Shown here: positions 1 to 12,000 of the stretch, in pieces | Numbering within the stretch: position 1 is the first letter of the stretch | Layout: each line of letters starts with the position of its first letter | From: Schmidtea nova | Taxonomy: Eukaryota | Length of the DNA stretch: 64,000 bases | Reading direction: 5' to 3' | Assembly (NCBI GenBank): GCA_044892505.1 | Contig: CM097883.1 | Coordinates: 134,974,001-135,038,000 of the forward strand | Made by a program: the position numbers and the translations under genes | The notes under the pieces: model-generated | The model's input: only the letters and a program-made list of their open reading frames with translations | What the model was told of the DNA's origin: nothing | Databases searched by the model: none

Positions 1-3000
1 ATTCCGTACAGTTGGAAGTTCATTATACAAAGGTAGTGCAGAAAACTTTCAAATAGTATAATAATGCCGAGCTTTAGGAAGAGGTTGTTAAACTTTTGCG
101 AGAGTTAGCGCATGAATTCGATGCAGCTTGGTTGTGGGAAGTATTGCGTCATGTGTATAAATTGGTTATTCCAATTTATGAAAGGAAAAGAGATTATGAA
201 CAATTGGCAGAAATTTATCAGCACATGGCAGCTGGGTATATAAAAATCAAAAATGCCGAATCTACAAATCAGAGAATTATCGGTTCATTCTACCGTGTGG
301 TCTTGTACGGCAAAGTGAGATTATTATTAAATATTTTTCTTTAGCCCCGAATTTTCTCAGCCATTTGATAGCTTAGCCGGAAAGGTTTTCATTTATCGAT
401 TAGACAGTGGTAAACAGTTTTGTGTTGTTCGCGAAGAATTTCAAAAGTTATTTTCCAAAAAATACGGGGCAAGTAAAGTGCAAATGCTTGTTGAGAACCA
501 CATAGATCGCTCAAAACTCGATCCAGAAATGGCGTCGATTCAAGTAACACATGTTGAACCGTTTTTCAATGAAGACGAAGAATTAGAACGTCACAGCATG
601 TTTGAAAGGCAATACAACATTTCCAAGTTCATGCTGGAAACTCCATTTGTGAAAATGAATCGTTAGTATTTATTGTTGTTTAAAATATCTCGATCTTTCT
701 AATTGAATTTTCAAGCCCCTTTTATAAATTTTCAAAAAACAAAACAAAAATATATCCCTTTGAATATTGTCATTGTGTAATTTATCGACATATAATCCTC
801 ATTAAAATTTTACAACAATTTAATTTTATTCGACAAACAAAAATTTTATATTATTGTGACCTAAATATGGAATTTTCTTTATTGAATGATGCATAATTTA
901 TTCAATTTCACCAAATATTTATTTGTATTGGTATATAATCAACAATAATAGTCTTTCTAGCGGTAATTAGATTTCGGAAGACATATGAACATATAATGTA
1001 ATTTTTTATTAATTAATTGACAAAATATCGAGCATCCTTAGTAGTAGAAAAAGAGCTGCATGTAGCTCTCTCCCCAGTGACTCCAAGATTTGATAAACTT
1101 TGTACTAATAAAAAAGCACATCTATCGACGATAGACTATCGTATTAAAAACAAATAAATTAAATATTTATTTACATTTTATTTATTATTTTATGAAATAA
1201 CAGAGGAGGTGCCAATAAAAGTTTTTAAAATGTTTGGGAGCGTCGTATCATAAAGTTTTGAAACCACTGGCATAGATTATATTCTACATCATTTATTTTT
1301 TATCCTTTGATCTCTTTTTCTATTATCATTTTATATAATGACTATAAATCAAAATTGTTTTTTATATAAATCACACGATTTTTCCGGAACAACCTTTTTC
1401 AAGTACACACTTGAAAAGAGTTTGTAACGAAAATTCGAGTGTTCTATATAAAAAAAGAATTTTGATTTATTCTTTAGATAAAATAAAAAAATTTCTCACT
1501 GTCTCTCTTCCAACTTGTAACTCAAAAGCAATTTCTCTAACAGAGGCATGATGATTCTCATCAAGAATTGCTTCAATCTGGTCATCTATGTCACAGGAAG
1601 GTCGTCCACTTCGTGCGTTGTCCTTTACGTCGAAATCTTCCGCCTTGAATTTGGCAACCCATTCATAGCATGTTCGAATACTCACTGTTCCTTCCACCTA
1701 GTGTGTTGTTGATTTCTTTTTCGATGTCTCTGGTTGATAGGCCTCGTTTTCAGCAGTAGTAAATTAGTTTTCTAACGTCTTCGCGATTAAAATCCATGAT
1801 GTTTTCAATTTAAAGCCAAATTCTTCATAAACGGAAAAATACAATATAAACAAATTAAACAGTTTCATTAAAATGACATTGATATTCTTAGATTTTTTTA
1901 ACTAAATTTCGTTTATAACATCAAAAATTATCCTTCTTTGTGTCCACAAAATTTGAAATATATGGTATGCATAGATCTTGAATGGCATTAATTTTTCTAA
2001 CTGCAGAAACTTTTCGGTCAAACCTGTATAGAGTTAAATCAGATTGATTCATAATAAAAGACATAATATCCATAATAATCTTTATTTAAAATCTACACCT
2101 ACTATACTAAATATTAGCACCCTAATAATTTATAAATCGACATTGTTAAGATTATTGGTTCTTCTTTAGTCCTGTGCCATTGAATATTGACTGCTTTTTA
2201 TACAATATTCAGTGGTGAGGGGGAAATAAATAATAAGAATAAACAATAAGAATATTAAACATTGAAGAAAAATCTCATCATACCATCTTATTTAACCAGT
2301 TGTGTACAAACGTTATGTGGACGATATTTTTTTGGTTTTTGAGAGTCGTGAACATGTAAGGCCTGTTTTGAAGTACATGAATAGTTTGCATACGAACATT
2401 GAATTCACTTATGAGAAAGAAAAAATGTCATCGATTGCGTTTTTGGATTTACTCATTCAACGCTAATCGAAATATGTGACTAAAATAATAGAAAGTCGAC
2501 TGATACTGATCTGTATAATACGCCTGGGACTTTTTGTGAATTTAAATATAAGAGGAATATGGTGACAGGATTGGTGTTTCGTGCTTATTATCTTCAACGT
2601 TTGTTAATTCAGTAAAAAGTATCGAGGTTTCTGTTGAGTTCTTACTTAAAAATGGCTACTCTAAATCTTTCCTTGAGAGGATGATAAAAGTGACTGGATA
2701 AATTGATGCTGAATTCAAATGATCTTGGAAGGGGTGTTCTGGATCTAAGGTGCCTATTGATTTTGATGAAAGTACTTTGTCAGTTTCGAAAAGTGACAAA
2801 AACGATCTAATGGCACTGAGTCAAAATATGTGTAGTATTGAATTATTCTGAGGACTTCACAGAATTTAAGCATAAGATTCTCAAACATGTAGATAAGGAT
2901 CAATATAGGATTGTTTCAACGTCTTAAAAAGTTAGCAGTATGTTCACTAATAAATGTCCAATGCCATTTGGTTTGTGTTCTGAGCTCGTGTATCAATTTT

Positions 3001-6000
3001 CATGCAATGGTTGTAAAGCAACATACATTGGAGAGACCGTCGGTCATCTCTGCACCCGAGTTCTTGAGCATTGCCGACTAAACGGACTGAGTATTATTAG
3101 TGATCATTTTAGGAAATATGTCAGTAAAAAATAGGTATCTCTGATTTTAAAATTAATCCAAAACGTTTGAGTAATTATTAGAAACGAATATCTTGTGAGG
3201 CATTGTTGAATAAATCTTTAAATACAAAAATAATGCTCAAGTTGCCGGTTAAACATATATTTTGAATTTGTTTAAGTAAGAGGGTGTTGCATGTTGTCAA
3301 TTGTGTTTTTTGTATAATTATGTTTGTGTTTGAGAATATTTGAGAATATTTTAAATTTTGTGTTTCTAAAGTTTTTTTTCCATTTTGATAAAAAATTTTT
3401 AATTAAAAAAAAAAATATTTTTTATATAAAGAATTAATTTAAACAATATTTAAAATAATAATTGTGAGATGTTTAAAAATATTCTAAAGATTTTTATAAA
3501 ATTATTTTAAGAAAAAAAAGTATTTTGCAAAGAAAACATCTCGTTTAAAATAAAAAAATTATCAGTAAAGATTTTAATAATTAGAATATTTATAATCAAA
3601 TTTAAAATTTACAATAAAAAGTTTCATTAAAGTTTTTATTAAATATATAGGTTTATTAAAATTTGGTTGAAATTAATTAAAAATCGTATATTGAATATAT
3701 GAATGAATGTTATGTATGAAAATTCTGTCAAGAAAAATTACATATTTATTTGAATCTCCTACCGTTGTTTAAATAATTGTGGTAAAAAATACAGTTTTAA
3801 AATTTTGTTAATTTAATGATTGATGCAATTAATACCCGAAGTTCAGGAAAAGAAGTTACTAGCAATAATAATAAAAATAATCATAATAATAATAATAATA
3901 ATAAAACAATAATCATAGTCATAATAATAAATAATTATCGAAAGTAGGATACTGACTACTTTCATACAATATTCAATGACGGGGGAAACTATAGAAGAGC
4001 CGTATAATCATCCGTCAATCGGTCTTCCTTGCTTTGATTCATCAATAACTGACATTCTTCCACTTTTGAATTCACTAATCCAATAATAAATAGTTCTATC
4101 ACATGGACAGTCTTCTTTATACGTCTCTTGGAGCATTGCTAATATCTCTAATCTTGAAGCCTCGCGCATTACAAAAAACTTAATCACCGACCGATATTCA
4201 ATGCTTAAAATTGCCATATTTTGAATGATTAAATATTTGCTCTAAACAAATATTGGTTAAATAAAACAAAATGAAGATTTCTAATCTTTTATAAATTCTC
4301 TACAACGGAAACATAAAGTTAATATAATATCTCTTATTTTTGATATCGAGTGCAGGTACTTCGTGAACCAACCACGTATCTTCCCTACTATTACTAATGA
4401 GGCATTCCACGGAGTCCTACATCGACGAATGCAAGATTTTTTCTTGATTCTTTTATTAGTTCTTCAATTTTCTTTTCCATATAAATTGGTGGTCAGCAAG
4501 AGTGTGGTATTATTGACCATACTATAGTCCGCATTTCATGTCGAATTAATTGTGTAAACCCAAGTTAAAACTTCGATGTCATGAAATTTTCTCAGTTTTC
4601 TCTGATCACTCTTTCAATTGTTTTATTCTTTTGACTTGACGGCGTCATCGGTGCTTTATTTATTCGTCTTTCGTTTGTATAGATTTTGTTTATTATTGTA
4701 GCTTCTATGTTTATCTCCAATAATTTTACTTCAAATTTTTTCATTGTGCAAGCACCACCTATGAATTCGGGTTTGATAGCTTTTACGATTATTATCGAAA
4801 TTCTTTTTTGGTCTTTTGATTCCATGTGTCTTGTATCGTCAAATATCCCATTGATTCTTCTCCAGTAATAATATTCCTCTGCGTTGAAGTTTTGATCTTC
4901 CAATTTTCTCTCTCTTGTTCTTTCTCTTTACTGTTACTGTATGGTCCTAATGAATTTAAGTCTATATTATTTAATAATAACTTACTCCATAATAAATTAT
5001 TCCAATTTCTTCTCTTCTCCATTTATTTCTTGATCCAAAATGTATTTTCTCGACTTCACCGACGAAATGAAACCCATGAAGTCTCTAATGTTTTTTTCTT
5101 TATCTCTTATCAAAGGGATATTTTATCTATTTTCTATATCAGGGCTTCTTAAACTATGAGGTGCGACCCCAAACCGGATCGCTTATCAAAATCCTGATGT
5201 CGCGAGATTTAAATGTAAAATATTTAAATACACGTATTTAAAATAAAATTTAAATGTTTTATTACCAAACCTGAAATTTTGATGAAAAATACAGAATATA
5301 ATATTTGTAACTATAATAAATACAATTTAACAACTTTTTGTTCAATTTTTAATTTTATATTTTTGTATGTTTCTAAACAAATTCTAAACCTAATCAATAA
5401 ATCATCATAAAATATTTATAAATCTTTATTTTATATTTATATGGGCTCACCAAAAAAATCCACAATCGTGAATGAAAAAAGTTTAAGAAGCTCTGTTTTT
5501 TATCATTGTTTTTGGATTTCAAATTGTGCATGTTTTCAGTATCTTCTCGTCTTGTTGATTATTTTTCGTCTTTGATTTGGTCGTGATTCTTCGTCGCATA
5601 TTAAACATTTATTTTCAAGTGTGAAGTCAAATCTTCTGGTCCCTTTTTCAGCACAGCAAAAAACAATCACATACCGATAATTTTTGAATTGGTACGGTAG
5701 ATAGACCACTACTTTCATTATATAGTCTTTTTGCTATATTCTTCATAGACACAGTCGATAGTTTTTTCTGTGAACCTTTTACTGTTTTCTATTTTCTAAT
5801 AAATTGTTCTCTCGAGAATTTTTCTTTTCTTTCTTGGTGGTATTGTAAGCTTCGTTATGATTCTCTTATTGGATATTCATCTCTTCGCGATTGATAATGG
5901 TTTATTGGCTCTTCTAATCGTCTTGGTGATGTTGTACACCTTGTATATTACATTTGGTGCTGAGGATTCATTTTTCCTCCTTCAGTTACAATCGCATATG

Positions 6001-9000
6001 TACCCTGATCGATAGCTTTAACATATTCAGATTGACAGCTCACATTTACATTACTTTCATAAATATTTGCTAGCGACCTTGTTTCTTCAATGTCTGTTTC
6101 AGACTTTGTTAATAAGAGTTCCATCAATTTCACATCTAGTGCTTTGTTAGCAATGAGGCCTTGTACAATGTCTGCTTCCTTTTGTTGCTCATCTTCTTCT
6201 TGTTTCACAACTACTTACTCTTTGATTTGTATATTTTAAGTGTTTAAAAACTACTTATTGGCTTTTGTGTCCGTGGATTAGATGTTTTATATCTCTCCAC
6301 AGTGTAATACTTTGTCTGTTTATTTTTATTACATAACTATTTGGCATGGAAAATGTTAAATTTTGCCATGACTTTTAATTTTAATTGACATGACATATTT
6401 CAATGTTATTTAAAAATTGACTTTATCATACATTTTTGAAGAGCAGCAGAATCGCATAAATTGCTTAAAATTTAGCTTGGCTTTTTCGTTTATGATTACG
6501 TATATTTTTACCCACTTTTATACTGCAATTATATTATCTAAAATTTTTTTATATATTTTGTCTTTATCTCAAGTAATAACTTTATTAATTTAATGCAATT
6601 CAATTACATTACATTCGTTTTATTCGTCGTCTAAGCGATTCTGGAAACATTGGTCATCCATGGGAATAAAAACCCGTGTTGCGTTGTATAAAGAATTTCT
6701 CATTTTCAAATTTTGTATATCCCATATCTTAGTAGGTTTTACCATATCGGAAACTATCTGAAAAAATGGTAATTAGAATTGTTTAAGTCATCTGTGAAAT
6801 GTGGTGGTGGGTTATATTTACATTCAAAGACTTAAAATCTTTTGAACTGTGATCTCTACACTAAGTTGTCTCTCGTTGTCGAAATAAGAAACAACTCTCT
6901 TCTAATTTGCCAAATAAGGTTGCGTTTCTTGGAGTTAAAGTTAAAGTTTGAAACATTCAGAATTTTACTTCTAAATGATGGTTCTAGCAATTCGTAGTAC
7001 AATACTCATTTATAATTACACTAATAATAACCTGGTTTATCTACACTTTCAGAAGCTGGTGATATTTTTCTTTTAAGAACAACAATTCATTTTCTTGGCG
7101 TTTCTATTCTTGATCCATTTTCACCCCTTGCAATCAATCATTCAAGAAACGACTATTTTCTGTGCTTATCTTAGTTCATTTTGTTCATTAGTATTTCTTG
7201 AGACTCTCAAACGAATGGTATGGATACAAATCCTAACCTTTTAGTTTGATCAAACACAGTTTAATTATATACCTGATCTCTAAATGTTAAAATAGAATTT
7301 AATCAATCAGAATCCTAAAGATTTTGGTATCAGAAGGTCTTCCAAAATACTCTTTATCACCAGATAGAAATTTAGCGAACAACCACTTGTTAGTTCGTTT
7401 GGTGACTGTATCCTCTTTAAATATATTATACAAATTTCGAGTTACTTCTGTTTCAATTCATAAAAGCTTGAGTGTACTATGCATCCTCTCAATATTCTAG
7501 ATTTCAGTTTTATTAGCTTATTAAATATACTTACCAAATTTTGTCCAATAAAAAACGACAGAATTTTGTCTTATACATAATTTTTTGAAATTGATAAATA
7601 AAAAATATCATTCTTATAAAAATCATATCTAAATATTGAGGTTTTGCATTTCTTTTATGGGTAGCTACGTGGTTTTTATTCTGCTGGTTGCATCTACGAG
7701 AAACATTTTCCAACCTTGACAACTTCAATATATAATGAGGAAATTAACTCTAATTCACTTTCGTCAAGACTTCCATTCACTGGAAGTCCAAAGAGCTTAA
7801 TCAAGGCATGTATGGAATTATTAGACATTTTTAATTGATATTTTACGTAATATTCCATCTTTGAATAGATGTTGAACACGAGTCTCTGTGGCAAAATTAC
7901 AGAGGTTGGTGGCATTGTTTGCGTTTGTCTCCCTATTATTAGTATTCGAATTGATATATCATTACATTAAATGAATTCTGATTATTGGGAGTGATATTCC
8001 ATCCATATTTTTAATTATTACTAATTACATAACTATCATGACTGTCATACAACCTAGCTAATTTTATAATAATCGACGAATAATTTTTTTAAAATTTTCA
8101 TTGTTTTTAATTTAGTGTGTGAAAAACAATGAAAATTAATTAATTAAATCTGAATAAGATTAATAATTTTGATGTCAATAATTTCCATAACGGCATGACT
8201 ACTAATTTTTTTGGTTGTTTGGTACACAATATTTCAGCATAGCCTTTATCAAGTGCAAATACACACTTGATAAAGACTGTGCCGAAATATTGTTTACTTA
8301 ATAACCAAAAAAAGGAACCCATAAAAACAAGTTTTTAATGTAACTCTTTCTTTTTCTCATGTTCTCGGTTAATTTTATTGTTGTTTCATTGTTTGGTAGT
8401 TTCTTGGCAACAGTAAATTGAAAAATCACATTGTTTCAAAATTTTTCAATTTTTCAATGGAATAATTTGTGGGCCACCACGAGTCTTCTCGCAAATTTTC
8501 AGATCGATTGGATATCGGGAAGTGGGTTTAAAACCGATCCAAAGTTTGACAAGAAAACAAACAGAAATTGGAAGTTAAAAGAAAGAGTTAAAAAATCTTG
8601 ATTTATAGTCATACCATTATGGAAATTATTGATATAAATAAAAGTAGATCAAAGGTGAAACCAAAAGATAACGAATCATAAAAATAATATTAAAATAATA
8701 TTTTACTTATAATTTGTCAGTAAAATATCAAGTGAAATTTTTTCAATATAAAATTTATTTGAATTATGTGTAATGAAATTAAAGTTCAATAAAATGAATA
8801 GTTGTATTATTTTCTTAAAATTTTAATTATCAAAATTGAAAAATTGTTATTATTAGAAATTTTACCCATTAAAATACTGTCATTCGTGTTGGAAGAGGGT
8901 CATTATTATTTAAGACGAGTATTATGACAGTTTATCGGGGAAATTCTTTTTGCTTAGCATGAATATTAATTTATGACCGCATGGAATGCACAAATTTTCC

Positions 9001-12000
9001 TGATTGAATTGGTTTGTTAATTTTACAATAAGAACATAAATATCGCAGTTAAAAGTTAAATTGTTGTTTACCTCTTCACAATCTATATAAATATAATCTG
9101 AATTTTTCTATTTTAATCCAGAACATGACATTGATGGAGTATTGAAATCGAAACAAACAGATGACCTTAGTATACAATGGAAACGGAGGACAATTTTAAC
9201 GGTAGAAGCAAGTTTTCCTCACCTGAAGCGGCGGCTTGAAGTTATCAGTATTAAAGAAATTGATTTTTCACCCATTGAAAGAGCTATTGATGAAATCCAA
9301 TTGAAAAATCGACAGCTAGCAACGCATCTTGCATACAACAAATCGACAACGATTTCCAAATCTTCCAGTTCCTCGACGGTTTCAAATTCCAATCAGACAG
9401 TTGGTTCCAGCCAAGCTAGAGCCAATAATATTCCATTACTAATGGACATGCACATGTCGGGTGCTCTTCTTCCTCAGGTCAATCAGGGTCCAATGGCTTA
9501 TGCTAGGGTATTCTTGCATAAGGAAAATCAAGCCAATTATTCTCAAGAGAAAGTGAAGCAACTGAAAATCCAATTCATGTAAGCTTTTAAAATGTTGATT
9601 TGTTTATTTACTAATTATAATTCGGGAAATGCTTATTACAATATTTATATATGCAAACAGTGGATAATTTGCATTACACTCCTCAGCTTTGGTACATTTC
9701 CTACTCAACCCACTCAAATGGCTTATATTAATCAAATTTGATAGTATTGTATATTGTATATCGCCCCAGGCGATTTCCTTGTCTCTATAGTTATGGAATT
9801 CCACTGAGTTATTGTTATTAGCAATTTCTATTTTGATTTTCTTACAATTATTTCCTTTCTCTTTGTGGCAGGTTAAATTCTACCATATTCACTCTCAGTA
9901 AATGTTCTTTGTTGGTTTTCTATTAGATTTAATTGAAATTTTACATGTCTTGCTTATGTTAANNNNNNNNNNNNNNNNNNNNNNNNNNNNNNNNNNNNNN
10001 NNNNNNNNNNNNNNNNNNNNNNNNNNNNNNNNNNNNNNNNNNNNNNNNNNNNNNNNNNNNNNNNNNNNNNNNNNNNNNNNNNNNNNNNNNNNNNNNNNNN
10101 NNNNNNNNNNNNNNNNNNNNNNNNNNNNNNNNNNNNNNNNNNNNNNNNNNNNNNNNNNNNNNNNNNNNNNNNNNATAAGACCAGGTCTTATTTTCGAGTA
10201 ATATAGGATTCTACAAATGTAAAAAAAATGAAAATAAGACCCTGGTCTTATTTTCGAGGGGTCTTATTTTTACAAAAAAATGAATATGAATTTATAAATT
10301 AAAAGTAAGTAATAAAAATTATTTATTATTAATTTATAATGAATCAATATCATCATTATCATTAGTGTCAATTGAATTCATTATTTCAACATTGGAGGAG
10401 TATAATATGTCTTTTAGTTTAGTATTTAGTAACTCCTCGTTCAAATTTAATAAATAAAATTATTTTATTTAATAAATAAAATTACTTAAATAAAATTAAT
10501 TCATGTAAACCATTTGATATTCTTTAAAAAATTAATAGAAAAATAATGATCACTGTCTTTTATTTTATAATCATAGAAAATAAATTTTAATTTTAAGGTA
10601 AAAAAATAAAAAAATGCTTGAAAATAAAAAAATGAAAATAAGACCCCTCAAAAATAAGACCGGGGTCTTATTTTNNNNNNNNNNNNNNNNNNNNNNNNNN
10701 NNNNNNNNNNNNNNNNNNNNNNNNNNNNNNNNNNNNNNNNNNNNNNNNNNNNNNNNNNNNNNNNNNNNNNNNNNNNNNNNNNNNNNNNNNNNNNNNNNNN
10801 NNNNNNNNNNNNNNNNNNNNNNNNNNNNNNNNNNNNNTATTTACTTTAATAATAATAATATAAAATGATGATTTATCGTTAGCAGCATTAATAAAATACA
10901 CCTTATTCTGTTTTTACACCAATTGTTTTTACACTAATACGATTTAACACGAATTGCTTTGTTTTAACACGATTTTCAATATGTTTTCAATACTATTTTT
11001 CCATTCAGCCAATATCTTTTTTTACACGAATTTTTTAGAAACGTATCTATGGTATAAAAACAGAATTAGGTGTAATATTAAATAAATAATAATAATAATT
11101 ATTATTATTATTATTATAAAATGGTGATTCCTTTTTAGCAGTATTAAGTATAAATAAACTAATAGATAACAAAAAAAGCCTTTGCTGCAAAATATAATTA
11201 ATTAATAATCAAATATATATAATTAATTTCGATTAATAAAATATATTTTGCAGCAAAGGCTTGTNNNNNNNNNNNNNNNNNNNNNNNNNNNNNNNNNNNN
11301 NNNNNNNNNNNNNNNNNNNNNNNNNNNNNNNNNNNNNNNNNNNNNNNNNNNNNNNNNNNNNNNNNNNNNNNNNNNNNNNNNNNNNNNNNNNNNNTATAAA
11401 CTATTCTTCTATTTTATTATTATTATTATTAAATAGTTTTATTTAAATACTATAAACTATTCTTCTATTTGTAGAAAATTCATATTAAATCTTCAATTTG
11501 TGCAGAATTGAAATTGTTTACTTTGGTTTTTTTCAAGATTTCTTTATTTTCTGATTAATTGATGAGATATATAAATTTACAAATTTAAATCTCTTTATTG
11601 ACTAACTGACGTTTTACTTTCCAAAATTTGAAATAGTTCAAGAATTTTCTTTATTTACATTGACTTCATAACTTCACCTTTTTTAGTTTGCAAAAAATTC
11701 ACAAAACGCCAAATATTAATTTATTCAAATAAGCTTTCTCAATAATTTATGATTCAATATTTTCTGTCTCTTTTATATTTATAATAATTCCTTTTCCTTT
11801 TTGTCCGCATTCCAATTTTTTCTCTTTTATAGTTTGATATTGAACGACACTTATTGTTAATTTTCTGGTCCATCTCCATACATTACATTAACATTAAAAC
11901 CGATTGGCAATTAAAATTTCGGTATTTTTTGGGCTTTTACTTATCCGCTTTTAAACTTATTAACCTGTTAACCGGGCTGGGCGTATTATTACGTCCAAGC

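Noticed and set aside
8420-8590. Short segment resembling DINE-1/Helentron-associated repeats (AAATTTTCAGATCGATTGG..GGAAGTGGG)
   Set aside because: The resemblance is from memory only; no termini or second copy could be verified.
11170-11262. 21-bp-arm hairpin next to a gap
   Set aside because: Most likely the centre of a foldback element whose arms are unassembled; no independent evidence of function.
9902-11446. ORF-track entries containing long X runs (also 30570-31088, 46501-46756, 61178-61366)
   Set aside because: They are artefacts of translating across N gaps.
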